The position numbers were made by a program, and so were the translations under genes. Source: an uncultured SAR86 cluster bacterium (lineage in GTDB: Bacteria > Pseudomonadota > Gammaproteobacteria > Magnimaribacterales > AG-339-G14). From it: a stretch of 48,784 bases of DNA. The stretch's first letter is position 1. Each line of letters starts with the position of its first letter. This document shows, piece after piece, positions 10,194 to 22,711 of the stretch. A model generated the notes under the pieces. The model was not told the DNA's origin, searched no databases, and worked only from the letters and a program-made list of their open reading frames with translations. The stretch is taken from positions 1 through 48,784 of the forward strand of contig CABZTA010000004.1 of NCBI GenBank assembly GCA_902528485.1. The letters are read 5' to 3'.

Positions 10194-10838
10194 TTAACTT
10201 TGTTTAATAATTTTTTTTATTTTGTTTAAAGCCCCTGAAGGTGAATTATTATTAAAAAGAAATTTCGAAATTGCAAAAAAATTGTAATTATCCTTCAAAA
10301 GTATTCCTATATTTTTTTCATCAATTCCTCCAATTGCAATCAATGGCCTAGATGAATTCCGCCTCAAAAGGGATCTTTGATTAGGTCTAACTATAACAGC
10401 ATCAGTCTTAGTTGATGTTTTAAACATTGAACCAACAGCCAAATAATCCCAGTTAAATATCTCGATAGGAGGATTTTTCACGAGACCCAGATTATTTTTA
10501 CAAGAAAGCCCTATAACTTTTTCTCTGAAATATGAGCTAAACACTTTTTTTTCGTCATCAGTTTTTTTAAGAAAGTTCTCATAATCTTCCATGCCTAAGT
10601 GGACGCCATCAGCATTTAAATCTTTTGCAATCTCTAGGTGATCATTAATAATCAATTTGCAGCTGTGTTTTTTTGTTAATTTTAATATCTTACTAGCCAC
10701 AGAATATATCTGATCTAAAGTTTCACCCTTTCTTCTGATCTGGAGAAAATCAATTTTCGCTTCAATCAATTCTTGAGACTTTTCTATTAACTGATTTTCT
10801 TCAATGTCATTTGGAGTAATTGCGTAAATGCCTTTCAT
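10194..10838 (-). CDS. thiE: Thiamine phosphate synthase
   Basis: GIYAIT, LQIRRK, LIIND, DGVHLG, DYLAVG, TSTK, AIGGI. Confidence 0.88.
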   Translation of the reverse strand: MKGIYAITPNDIEENQLIEKSQELIEAKIDFLQIRRKGETLDQIYSVASKILKLTKKHSCKLIINDHLEIAKDLNADGVHLGMEDYENFLKKTDDEKKVFSSYFREKVIGLSCKNNLGLVKNPPIEIFNWDYLAVGSMFKTSTKTDAVIVRPNQRSLLRRNSSRPLIAIGGIDEKNIGILLKDNYNFFAISKFLFNNNSPSGALNKIKKIIKQS

Positions 10839-11581
10839 AACAATTTTTGACCCTTTCCAATATTCTTGAAAAGTTTCAAGTAAGAATTAGTTTTATTGCT
10901 TGCCTTTTCACAAGAATCTATAACAGAGAATTTTTTTGCCAAAAAAATTGTTAACAAAGATGAGAGCATACATCCCGTTCCATGAAAATATCCTTTTAAA
11001 AGATGATTCTTAAATTGAAGCGGATCGGATCCATCGCTAAATAAATAATTCATAATTTTTTTATTTTTAATTTTGCCAGTGATTAAAATATTTTTAACTC
11101 CTAATTCATAAAGGAACTCAATTGAATTTTCTACATTTTTTTTATTACTCAATTTAAAAAGTTCTTCTTCATTGGGCGTTACGATGCTTGCTAAAGGTAT
11201 TAATTCATCTCTCATAAATTCAATTGCTTTGTTGTTCAAAAAAGACTTCCCTGATGTTGGCCCAATTACAGGATCTATCACAATAGGCATATTTGTTTTG
11301 ACTAGATAATTCTTTATTTCTCGAGCAATCTCATAGCTACCAATTAAGCCAATTTTGATTGCATCTGGTTTTATATCTTCAAGTATGAAATCCAATTGTT
11401 TTTTGAATACTTTCTCATTGGTGGGAAAATTACCTTTAGATTTTTGTGAATTTTGAACAGTTTCAGTAGTTATTAAAGTTAGTGGATGACACTCATTAAG
11501 GCGGCAAATATAAGCATCCATCATCACTCCAGCCCCTCCGCTTGGATCATGCCCCCCTATAATTAAAATTTTCTTTTTCAT
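10835..11581 (-). CDS. thiD: Hydroxymethylpyrimidine/phosphomethylpyrimidine kinase
   Basis: GHDPSGGAG, TVQN, IKIG, DPV, TPN, HGTGC. ATG at 11581 (MKKKILIIGG) preferred over the TTG at 11596. Confidence 0.88.
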   Translation of the reverse strand: MKKKILIIGGHDPSGGAGVMMDAYICRLNECHPLTLITTETVQNSQKSKGNFPTNEKVFKKQLDFILEDIKPDAIKIGLIGSYEIAREIKNYLVKTNMPIVIDPVIGPTSGKSFLNNKAIEFMRDELIPLASIVTPNEEELFKLSNKKNVENSIEFLYELGVKNILITGKIKNKKIMNYLFSDGSDPLQFKNHLLKGYFHGTGCMLSSLLTIFLAKKFSVIDSCEKASNKTNSYLKLFKNIGKGQKLL

Positions 11582-11629
11582 GTTTTTTGATTTCAATTAA
11601 GTATAATTCCCAGCCGTTTTTAAATATAC

Positions 11630-12649
11630 ATGATGAAAAGAATTAAAATCGCTATAGCAGGAGTCACTGGATACTCTGGCAGAGAATTAAAAAAAATTCT
11701 GGATGCACATGAGCATGTAGAAATTGTATCTGTCTATGCATCATCAAGCATTGGAGAGCGACTGGATGAATCAGCTTCTGTTAAAAATAAAGATGAAGCC
11801 TTGATTATTTCAAATATTGATAAAGCATCTTTTTCTAATATTGATGCCATCTTCTTTTGTACTCCTCACGATTTTTCCATGCAGTATGTTTCAAAAATAT
11901 TATCCGCAGGAGTCAAAATCATCGATTTATCAGCTGATTATAGATTCAATGATGCAGATAGATGGAAGAAAAATTATGAAACTGATCACAAAGATCCAAT
12001 GAATTTGAAGGAAAGCATCTATGGCCTGCCAGAACTTTACAGGGAAAATATAAAAACATCACATTTAGTTGCAGTGCCAGGTTGTTATCCAACTGCAAGT
12101 CTCTTGTCATTAATACCGATCATGAGTGAGCTTAAAAGTAACGATATTATTATAGACGCGAAATCTGGCTATAGCGGTGCTGGAAAAGCTAAATCTGAGC
12201 ACGGTCTTGCAGAGTCAATGAAAGATAACTTTAGAGTTTACTCTCCAGATTTTCACAGACATGAAGATGAGATCAAATACTATGCAGAAAAAATCATGGA
12301 TAAGAAATTTAATGTTTCATTTGTTCCTCACTTACTTCCTCACTTCAGAGGGGAGTACATAACAGCTTATGTTGAACCTATAGATATAAGCCAAGATTTC
12401 CAAAAAATTTATGAAGATTTTTATGCTCATGAAAAACTAGTAAAAGTTTTAAAAAAAGGTACAGTACCTGAAATAACAAACATAAGCGGGAAACCTACCT
12501 GCGAAATTTCCGTCAGTGTTAAAAAAAGCAGCAATAAATTAATTATAAATGCTGCCTTAGATAATTTACTGAAAGGTGCAGCAAGTCAAGCAGTTCAGTG
12601 TTTTAATCTTATGCATGACATTGATGAGTTTTATTCGCTAAAATATTAA
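11630..12649 (+). CDS. argC: N-acetyl-gamma-glutamyl-phosphate reductase
   Basis: GVTGYSG, IDLSADYR, YGLPE, PGCYPT, SGYSGAG, DNLLKGAASQA. Confidence 0.96.
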   Translation: MMKRIKIAIAGVTGYSGRELKKILDAHEHVEIVSVYASSSIGERLDESASVKNKDEALIISNIDKASFSNIDAIFFCTPHDFSMQYVSKILSAGVKIIDLSADYRFNDADRWKKNYETDHKDPMNLKESIYGLPELYRENIKTSHLVAVPGCYPTASLLSLIPIMSELKSNDIIIDAKSGYSGAGKAKSEHGLAESMKDNFRVYSPDFHRHEDEIKYYAEKIMDKKFNVSFVPHLLPHFRGEYITAYVEPIDISQDFQKIYEDFYAHEKLVKVLKKGTVPEITNISGKPTCEISVSVKKSSNKLIINAALDNLLKGAASQAVQCFNLMHDIDEFYSLKY

Positions 12650-12651
12650 TA

Positions 12652-12999
12652 ATGATAGAAAAATTTGAGCCAAAAGAAATTTTCTTAACAGAAAATGCAA
12701 TTTCAAAAATTCTCTCGCTGAGGGAAGAAGAATCAAATAAATCTCTTATGTTAAGAGTTTTTGTTACTGGTGGTGGCTGTTCAGGCTTCCAATATGGATT
12801 CAAATTCGATGATCAAAAAGATGATGAAGACACCCTTGTAGATTTTGATGGCGCAGACGTTGTTGTAGACCCTTTAAGTATGCAATATGTATTCGGCTCC
12901 ACTATAGATTATGTCCAGAATCTTGAGGGAGCAAAGTTTGTTGTTGATAATCCAAATGCAGCAACTCAATGTGGTTGCGGAGCATCCTTTTCAATTTAA
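12652..12999 (+). CDS. erpA: Iron-sulfur cluster insertion protein (A-type carrier)
   Basis: LRVFVTGGGCSGFQYGF, NPNA, CGCGASF; argC-erpA-anmK synteny. Confidence 0.93.
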   Translation: MIEKFEPKEIFLTENAISKILSLREEESNKSLMLRVFVTGGGCSGFQYGFKFDDQKDDEDTLVDFDGADVVVDPLSMQYVFGSTIDYVQNLEGAKFVVDNPNAATQCGCGASFSI

Positions 13000-14120
13000 T
13001 TTTTATTAATCTCACCTAACAGGCTGGGTTTAGCTCCCGTTGAAAGTTTTAAATAAATTTTCTCCCCTTTAAGTCTTTTTTTTGCCAACCAAGCGAAAGT
13101 TGCGGCTTCAATATATTTAGGTTTGAGTCCTAAAGTATTTATATTTTTTATTGGAAATGACGATCCAAGAAGTATTTTTAATCTTGATACCAGAAACTTA
13201 TTTTCTGCTCCACCACCGCAGAGATAAATAGAAGCTTTTTTGATAGGACAAAAATTTTCGATACTTTTATAAATTGATCGAGCAGTTATCTCTGTTAGGC
13301 ATGCTGCTAGATCAGCAGAAGAGGCTTTTCCAAGTTTTTCTTGGAATTTATCTAAATTAAAATTTTCAATTGAATAGCTATTTGGCAGCTCAAACTGAAA
13401 TAATTTAGATTTTAGATATTTATCAATTTCAATTTTGTATTGATAAATATCTCCTTTAGCAGCCAATTGACCATCCTTATCAAATTGATATTTTTTGTCA
13501 GAATTTTTTTGAATAAAATTATCAATCATGCAGTTGCCTGGACCACAATCCCATCCAAAAGATTTCCCTTTTTTTGGAAGAAATGTCATGTTTGAAATTC
13601 CGCCTATGTTTATGATGAGTCTGTCTTCGGCAGTAGATTTAAAAAACTCCTTGTGAAATGATGGAGTCAAAGGTGCTCCTTGACCTCCATTTTTTATATT
13701 GGCCTGTCTGAAGTTAGATACAGTGGTTATATTTGTTTCTCTTCTAATTAAAAATGGGTCTCCTACTTGAAGAGAAAATGTTTTCCTTGCTTGTCTTTTG
13801 TGCATAAGAGTTTGTCCGTGAGATCCAATTGCACAAATTTCACTAGCCTCGAAAGGGGTTTTTTTAATAAGCTTATTTATTGTCTTTGCTGAGATTTCTC
13901 CTACCTTATGATCAATTTCTTTCAGAACCCTTTTAGAAGGAAGTTTCTTATTTCTTGATATATTTAATACTGTATCTTTAAGTTTTTTATCGTATTTGGT
14001 GGAAGCAAAGTTTAAAACAGATATCTTTTTATCAATTTCGAATAACCCTGCATCTATTGAATCTGCACTCGTCCCAGAAAGGACTCCTATGAACAAGTTA
14101 CTCTTCAATTTTTTCTTCAT
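12996..14120 (-). CDS. anmK: Anhydro-N-acetylmuramic acid kinase
   Basis: GVLSGTSADSID, GSHGQT, GGQGAPL, NIGGISN, DCGPGN, CGGG, EAATFAWL. Confidence 0.95.
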   Translation of the reverse strand: MKKKLKSNLFIGVLSGTSADSIDAGLFEIDKKISVLNFASTKYDKKLKDTVLNISRNKKLPSKRVLKEIDHKVGEISAKTINKLIKKTPFEASEICAIGSHGQTLMHKRQARKTFSLQVGDPFLIRRETNITTVSNFRQANIKNGGQGAPLTPSFHKEFFKSTAEDRLIINIGGISNMTFLPKKGKSFGWDCGPGNCMIDNFIQKNSDKKYQFDKDGQLAAKGDIYQYKIEIDKYLKSKLFQFELPNSYSIENFNLDKFQEKLGKASSADLAACLTEITARSIYKSIENFCPIKKASIYLCGGGAENKFLVSRLKILLGSSFPIKNINTLGLKPKYIEAATFAWLAKKRLKGEKIYLKLSTGAKPSLLGEINKN

Positions 14121-15417
14121 TTGAACTGAAAAGCTTTTTTTTAAGTGTGTTCATTTTCAAATCAAGAGCTAAAGCAAAATTCGTAAAATCTTCTTTATTT
14201 TTTGATTCGATAGGCTTGGCATTAGGGAATTTAACTCTCAAAGGATCTGTATGCATTCCATTTACTCGGAATTCATAGTGAAGATGCGGCCCAGTTGCAA
14301 GACCAGACTTACCAACATAACCAATAATGTCTCCCTGATCTACTTTAGAGCCAACTTGAAGACCCTTAGCATATCCTGACAAATGAGCATATCTAGTTGT
14401 GTATTCATTGAAATGTCTTATCTCAATTAGTCTTCCATATCCGCCTTTATTTGCTCTATAGATTACAGTTCCTTCACCGGTAGTTCTTACTGGAGTGCCA
14501 GTTTTCGCAGCATAGTCAACTCCAGTATGAGCTCTTATGGTATTCAAAATAGGATGTTTTCTATTCAAGTTATATTTTGAACTTACATAACTAAATTCTA
14601 CGGGAGATCTCAAGAATGCCTTTTTTAAGTTATTTCCTCCTTGTGAAAAATAGTCCTTTTTGCCATCTTGAAAAAATCTAACAGCACTAAATTTATTTTC
14701 ACCCCTATAAAAATTCGCAGAAATTATATCCCCGTTTCTTACCTTATTGCCTTTCCAATAAAGTTGCTCATATATAAGCTCAAAACTATCCCCAGATCTT
14801 ATGTCATAAATAAAATCAATGTCCCAGCCAAATATGTAAGCTAAATCCATGATTATACTTTCAGGAATATTGTTTTTTTTCCCGGACATAAACAGTGAAT
14901 CTTCAATCGTTGCTGAGTGATAGATTTCTTCTTTATCAAGAATTCTTGAAAACTTAGATATTTTAAATAAACCATTTTTAAAGATTGCCTCGTATCCATC
15001 CATAAAATTTGATGTTACTGAAATTGATATTGGATTCATTAAAAAATCATGAACAATTTCTACAAAGTCTCCTTCTTTGATTCTGGCCATTCTTTCTGAA
15101 CTTTTTGCTCTTACTAATGCTTGGATAAACCTATCTGGAATATTTTCGTTTCTTAGAATCTTGATTAAATTATCCTGATTTTTAACTTTTATTTGCTTGT
15201 ATACCCTTTTTTTATTTGTCTCAATAACTTCATTATCATCTTGTTGCCCTAGTTTTATTGTTTCTCGCTCATATTTTATTTCTTCATCATCAGGAAAGGA
15301 TAAAGAAAATTCTTCAAATCCTCTTGGTAATGAGAAGTACATAAGAGCTATCAAAGAACTTATTAAAAAGAAAATGATCCCTAAATAAATTCGAATTTCT
15401 TTAAAAAAACTTAGCAT
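14098..15417 (-). CDS. M23-family peptidoglycan DD-metalloendopeptidase (MepM/OapA-like), N-terminal membrane anchor
   Basis: IFGWDIDF, RKHPIL, HTGVD, YAHL, ATGPHLHYEF; conserved tyrS/M23/anmK neighbourhood. Confidence 0.92.
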   Translation of the reverse strand: MLSFFKEIRIYLGIIFFLISSLIALMYFSLPRGFEEFSLSFPDDEEIKYERETIKLGQQDDNEVIETNKKRVYKQIKVKNQDNLIKILRNENIPDRFIQALVRAKSSERMARIKEGDFVEIVHDFLMNPISISVTSNFMDGYEAIFKNGLFKISKFSRILDKEEIYHSATIEDSLFMSGKKNNIPESIIMDLAYIFGWDIDFIYDIRSGDSFELIYEQLYWKGNKVRNGDIISANFYRGENKFSAVRFFQDGKKDYFSQGGNNLKKAFLRSPVEFSYVSSKYNLNRKHPILNTIRAHTGVDYAAKTGTPVRTTGEGTVIYRANKGGYGRLIEIRHFNEYTTRYAHLSGYAKGLQVGSKVDQGDIIGYVGKSGLATGPHLHYEFRVNGMHTDPLRVKFPNAKPIESKNKEDFTNFALALDLKMNTLKKKLFSSNEEKIEE

Positions 15418-15482
15418 TAATTGAATTTTAAATTAAAAAAATAGGTAAAAAAGGTTGATCTAAATTATCATAAACACAGATC

Positions 15483-16697
15483 ATGGATAAAGATACTAAA
15501 CAAGCTCTTGAAATTATCAAAAGAGGTTCTGATGAAATCATACCCGAAGATTTTTTTAAGAAATTATTAACATCTAAAAAAAAACTTACAGTTAAAGCTG
15601 GATTTGATCCTACCTCAGCAGATCTGCATTTAGGGCATACGGTACTTATAAACAAACTCAAAGCATTTCAGGATTTAGGGCATACGGTAATATTTTTAAT
15701 AGGGGATTTTACTGGCTTAATTGGTGATCCCTCAGGAGTCAACGAGACAAGACCAAATATCGATGAAAAAAAATTAGCAGAGAATTCGAAGACTTACGCT
15801 GATCAAGTTTTTAAAATTCTGGATAAAAAGAAAACTAAAATTAAATTTAATTCATCTTGGTTTAAAAAAATGAAACCTGATGAATTTATAAGACTCTCAT
15901 CGATAATGACTGTCGCGAGAATGCTAGAAAGAGATGATTTTAAAAAAAGATACGAAAATAATAAGCCGATTTCTTTGCATGAATTTTTATATCCCCTTGT
16001 TCAAGGATTTGACTCTTATGCACTGAAAGCTGACATTGAATTAGGAGGGACTGATCAAAAGTTTAATCTTCTAGTTGGGAGAGAAGTTCAGAAACATTAT
16101 GGACAGGATGAGCAAGTAATTATTACCGTGCCTTTATTAGAAGGATTAGATGGCGTTAAAAAGATGTCTAAATCTCTCGATAACTACATAGCTTTGAATG
16201 ATAAACCTAATGAAATGTTTGGAAAAATTATGTCCATATCTGATGATTTGATGTGGAGATATTTTGACTTACTCAGCTTCAGATCCAATGATGACATAGC
16301 TTTACTCAAAGATAAGGTTAAAAATGGAGAGAATCCTATGACTTTTAAAAAAGCACTTGCCACAGAAATTGTAGAAAGGTTTTATGATAAGAAATCATCA
16401 GAGAAAGCCGAGAAAGCATTTACAAATGTTTTTAGTAAGAAGCTAGAACCTAATGAAGTTCCTAATTTTGAAATAAATGAAACCTCCAGGATATCAATCG
16501 TTGAACTTCTAACACATGAGGATTTAGGCAGTAAATTTATTCAAAGTAAGTCAGAGTGTCGCAGATTGATAAAACAATCAGGGATTAAAATGAACAATAA
16601 AAAAGTTGAAAATCCTAATCTTTTGATAGATTTGGGAGAAGAAAACTATTTCCAAATAGGTAAAAGAAAACATCTTAGAATCAAGCTAGTAAGTTAA
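15483..16697 (+). CDS. tyrS: Tyrosine--tRNA ligase
   Basis: GFDPT, HLGH (HIGH), [14 protein letters not shown]-terminal S4-like domain. Confidence 0.97.
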   Translation: MDKDTKQALEIIKRGSDEIIPEDFFKKLLTSKKKLTVKAGFDPTSADLHLGHTVLINKLKAFQDLGHTVIFLIGDFTGLIGDPSGVNETRPNIDEKKLAENSKTYADQVFKILDKKKTKIKFNSSWFKKMKPDEFIRLSSIMTVARMLERDDFKKRYENNKPISLHEFLYPLVQGFDSYALKADIELGGTDQKFNLLVGREVQKHYGQDEQVIITVPLLEGLDGVKKMSKSLDNYIALNDKPNEMFGKIMSISDDLMWRYFDLLSFRSNDDIALLKDKVKNGENPMTFKKALATEIVERFYDKKSSEKAEKAFTNVFSKKLEPNEVPNFEINETSRISIVELLTHEDLGSKFIQSKSECRRLIKQSGIKMNNKKVENPNLLIDLGEENYFQIGKRKHLRIKLVS

Positions 16698-16746
16698 AAA
16701 AAATAGTACTTTGCTTTTTTTTAAACAACTGTATACTGACCGTCCC
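16696..16746 (+). promoter_or_regulatory. Putative sigma70 rRNA promoter
   Basis: A-tract (16696-16703), -35-like TTGCTT (16711-16716), -10 TATACT (16732-16737), then a GC-rich discriminator GACCGTCCC typical of stringently controlled promoters. Spacer is short (15-16 bp). Confidence 0.6.
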
Positions 16747-16786
16747 TACCGCCAAAAATCCTTTTTTTTTTGTGCATTTTCAGGGG

Positions 16787-16827
16787 TGTTTTTTTACAGT
16801 TTATTCAAGTAATTCGTGCGGGCACTT
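16787..16827 (+). promoter_or_regulatory. rRNA leader boxA-like element and 5' arm of the 16S processing stem
   Basis: TGTTTTTTTACA (16787-16798) resembles boxA TGCTCTTTAACA. ATTCAAGTAATTCGTGCGGGCACTT (16803-16827) is complementary to GAGTGTCCGTTCGAATTACTTGAAT (18501-18525). Confidence 0.65.
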
Positions 16828-16944
16828 GCCTTAATTATTAAGGTTCGTGCAATTTTTTAGAAGTTTTTTAAAACTTCATTTGTTGAGTTGTTACACGACA
16901 ACTCACACTCGTAATTGATGTTCATTTATTGAGCGTCCATTTTT

Positions 16945-18476
<1,532 letters not shown>

Positions 18477-18776
18477 AATATACACACGACTTAATATTGT
18501 GAGTGTCCGTTCGAATTACTTGAATCTTCTATAGATCGCTAAATTGACACTATTTAGATCTCAAGAGTTCTTTAAAAGTATTGTAATTCCAAAATATGAA
18601 TGAATTTATTCATTCATGATCAACAATTTTTTGTTATCAATTGTTGATTGTTTTATCAAATTTTTTTGATAATTCACCAAGTAATATTCTGAGATTTATC
18701 TCAGAATGCTAATGGCAAATTCTGGCGCTTAGTAATCAGAAAACTTTCATACTTTTTTAAGTAATTAAAAATATAT
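18477..18776 (+). other. 16S-23S internal transcribed spacer without tRNA genes; boxA, processing-stem arms and AT-rich hairpins
   Basis: About 300 bp with no tRNA cloverleaf. boxA-like AGTTCTTTAAAA at 18566-18577. GTATTGTAATTCCAAAAT (18578-18595) pairs with ATTTTGGAATTCAATAC (21725-21741). Confidence 0.85.
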
Positions 18777-21683
<2,907 letters not shown>

Positions 21684-21753
21684 ATATTTTTAGTTATTTA
21701 GAAATTTTTCTAAACTAAGTCAGAATTTTGGAATTCAATACAAAAACGAATTT

Positions 21754-21871
21754 TGCTCGATGACAATAGCAAGTGTGTCCCACCTGAATCCATTCCGAAC
21801 TCAGAAGTGAAACCACTTAGCGCCGATGGTAGTGTAGCTTCTGTTACGCGAGAGTAGGACATCGTCGAGCT
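21754..21871 (+). rRNA. rrf: 5S ribosomal RNA
   Basis: CCACCTGAATCCATTCCGAACTCAGAAGTGAAA, CGCCGATGGTAGTGT, GAGAGTAGG; terminal stem GCTCGATGA/TCGTCGAGC. Confidence 0.97.
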
Positions 21872-21891
21872 TTTCGTTTAAAGATAATCCT

Positions 21892-22689
21892 TTAGTCAAC
21901 AATAGCGCCTAAAGAACTTGCAAACTCTCCATTCTTTGGGAAATGGGCTGATAACCCAGAAAATGAAATCCATCTTTTTAGAACACTCTTATATAAGTCA
22001 TATTGAGGCGTTCTACCAACAATATAAATAAGCTCGCAATTGCATGCCGCCGCAGTCGCAGAAGCCATCCTGGCAACAGTCTGACCAACTAAATTCATTA
22101 TTGCGGCAGTTCTATCTGCTTTCCCAGATTTGCTTCTGTATCTTACTTTTCCAAAATTTACAGCAGTTGCATCTTTAGGTAATTGACCTATGGGTCCTGA
22201 TACTACTTCGTTTAACAATAGATCTACCCTTTCAATTTTACCTATACTAGCAAGTTTATTAATTTCATTTGGATTATTAACATTGTTAATCAAGTTACTT
22301 AAACCGATAATAGTTCCTCCACCAACACCTGTTCCCCCCGCGTGAGAGGTCATTATGCCGTCACTCAATACAAATGCTGTTCCAGAACCGGAACTGATAA
22401 TTAGCTTTTTCTTATCATTTTTAGCCAGATAATTTGTTCCCTTACTGATCGCTTCTATTTCATTCGCATGTGATAGCTCAATTCCACCTATCTTTAAAGG
22501 TAAATCATAGTGCTTTCCACCTGTTACGCCTATGGAATCAATATCATCAAAATTAACCAGTTTATGGATTTGTTTTGAGATATTTTTAACTGATAACTTC
22601 TTAGAATCGAAAGATATAAACTTTGGCTTAGATTCATCTAGAATAGATAAATCCGTAAAACTAATGCCAAAATCAATACCTAATTTCAT
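21892..22689 (-). CDS. Type II (Fumble/CoaW-like) pantothenate kinase
   Basis: Likely start MKLGIDFG at 22689. Motifs GIDxG, VTGG, NEIEAISKG, GSGT, GGTGVGGGTIIGL, VDL and TAVNFGK parallel staphylococcal/eukaryotic type II PanK. Confidence 0.8.
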   Translation of the reverse strand: MKLGIDFGISFTDLSILDESKPKFISFDSKKLSVKNISKQIHKLVNFDDIDSIGVTGGKHYDLPLKIGGIELSHANEIEAISKGTNYLAKNDKKKLIISSGSGTAFVLSDGIMTSHAGGTGVGGGTIIGLSNLINNVNNPNEINKLASIGKIERVDLLLNEVVSGPIGQLPKDATAVNFGKVRYRSKSGKADRTAAIMNLVGQTVARMASATAAACNCELIYIVGRTPQYDLYKSVLKRWISFSGLSAHFPKNGEFASSLGAIVD

Positions 22690-22711
22690 TAATCTTTTGT
22701 ATTCATCATAC

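Noticed and set aside
18596-18708. Hairpin series as a CRISPR-like or REP array
   Set aside because: The units differ in sequence, have no repeat-spacer periodicity and lie in an rRNA spacer; no cas genes.
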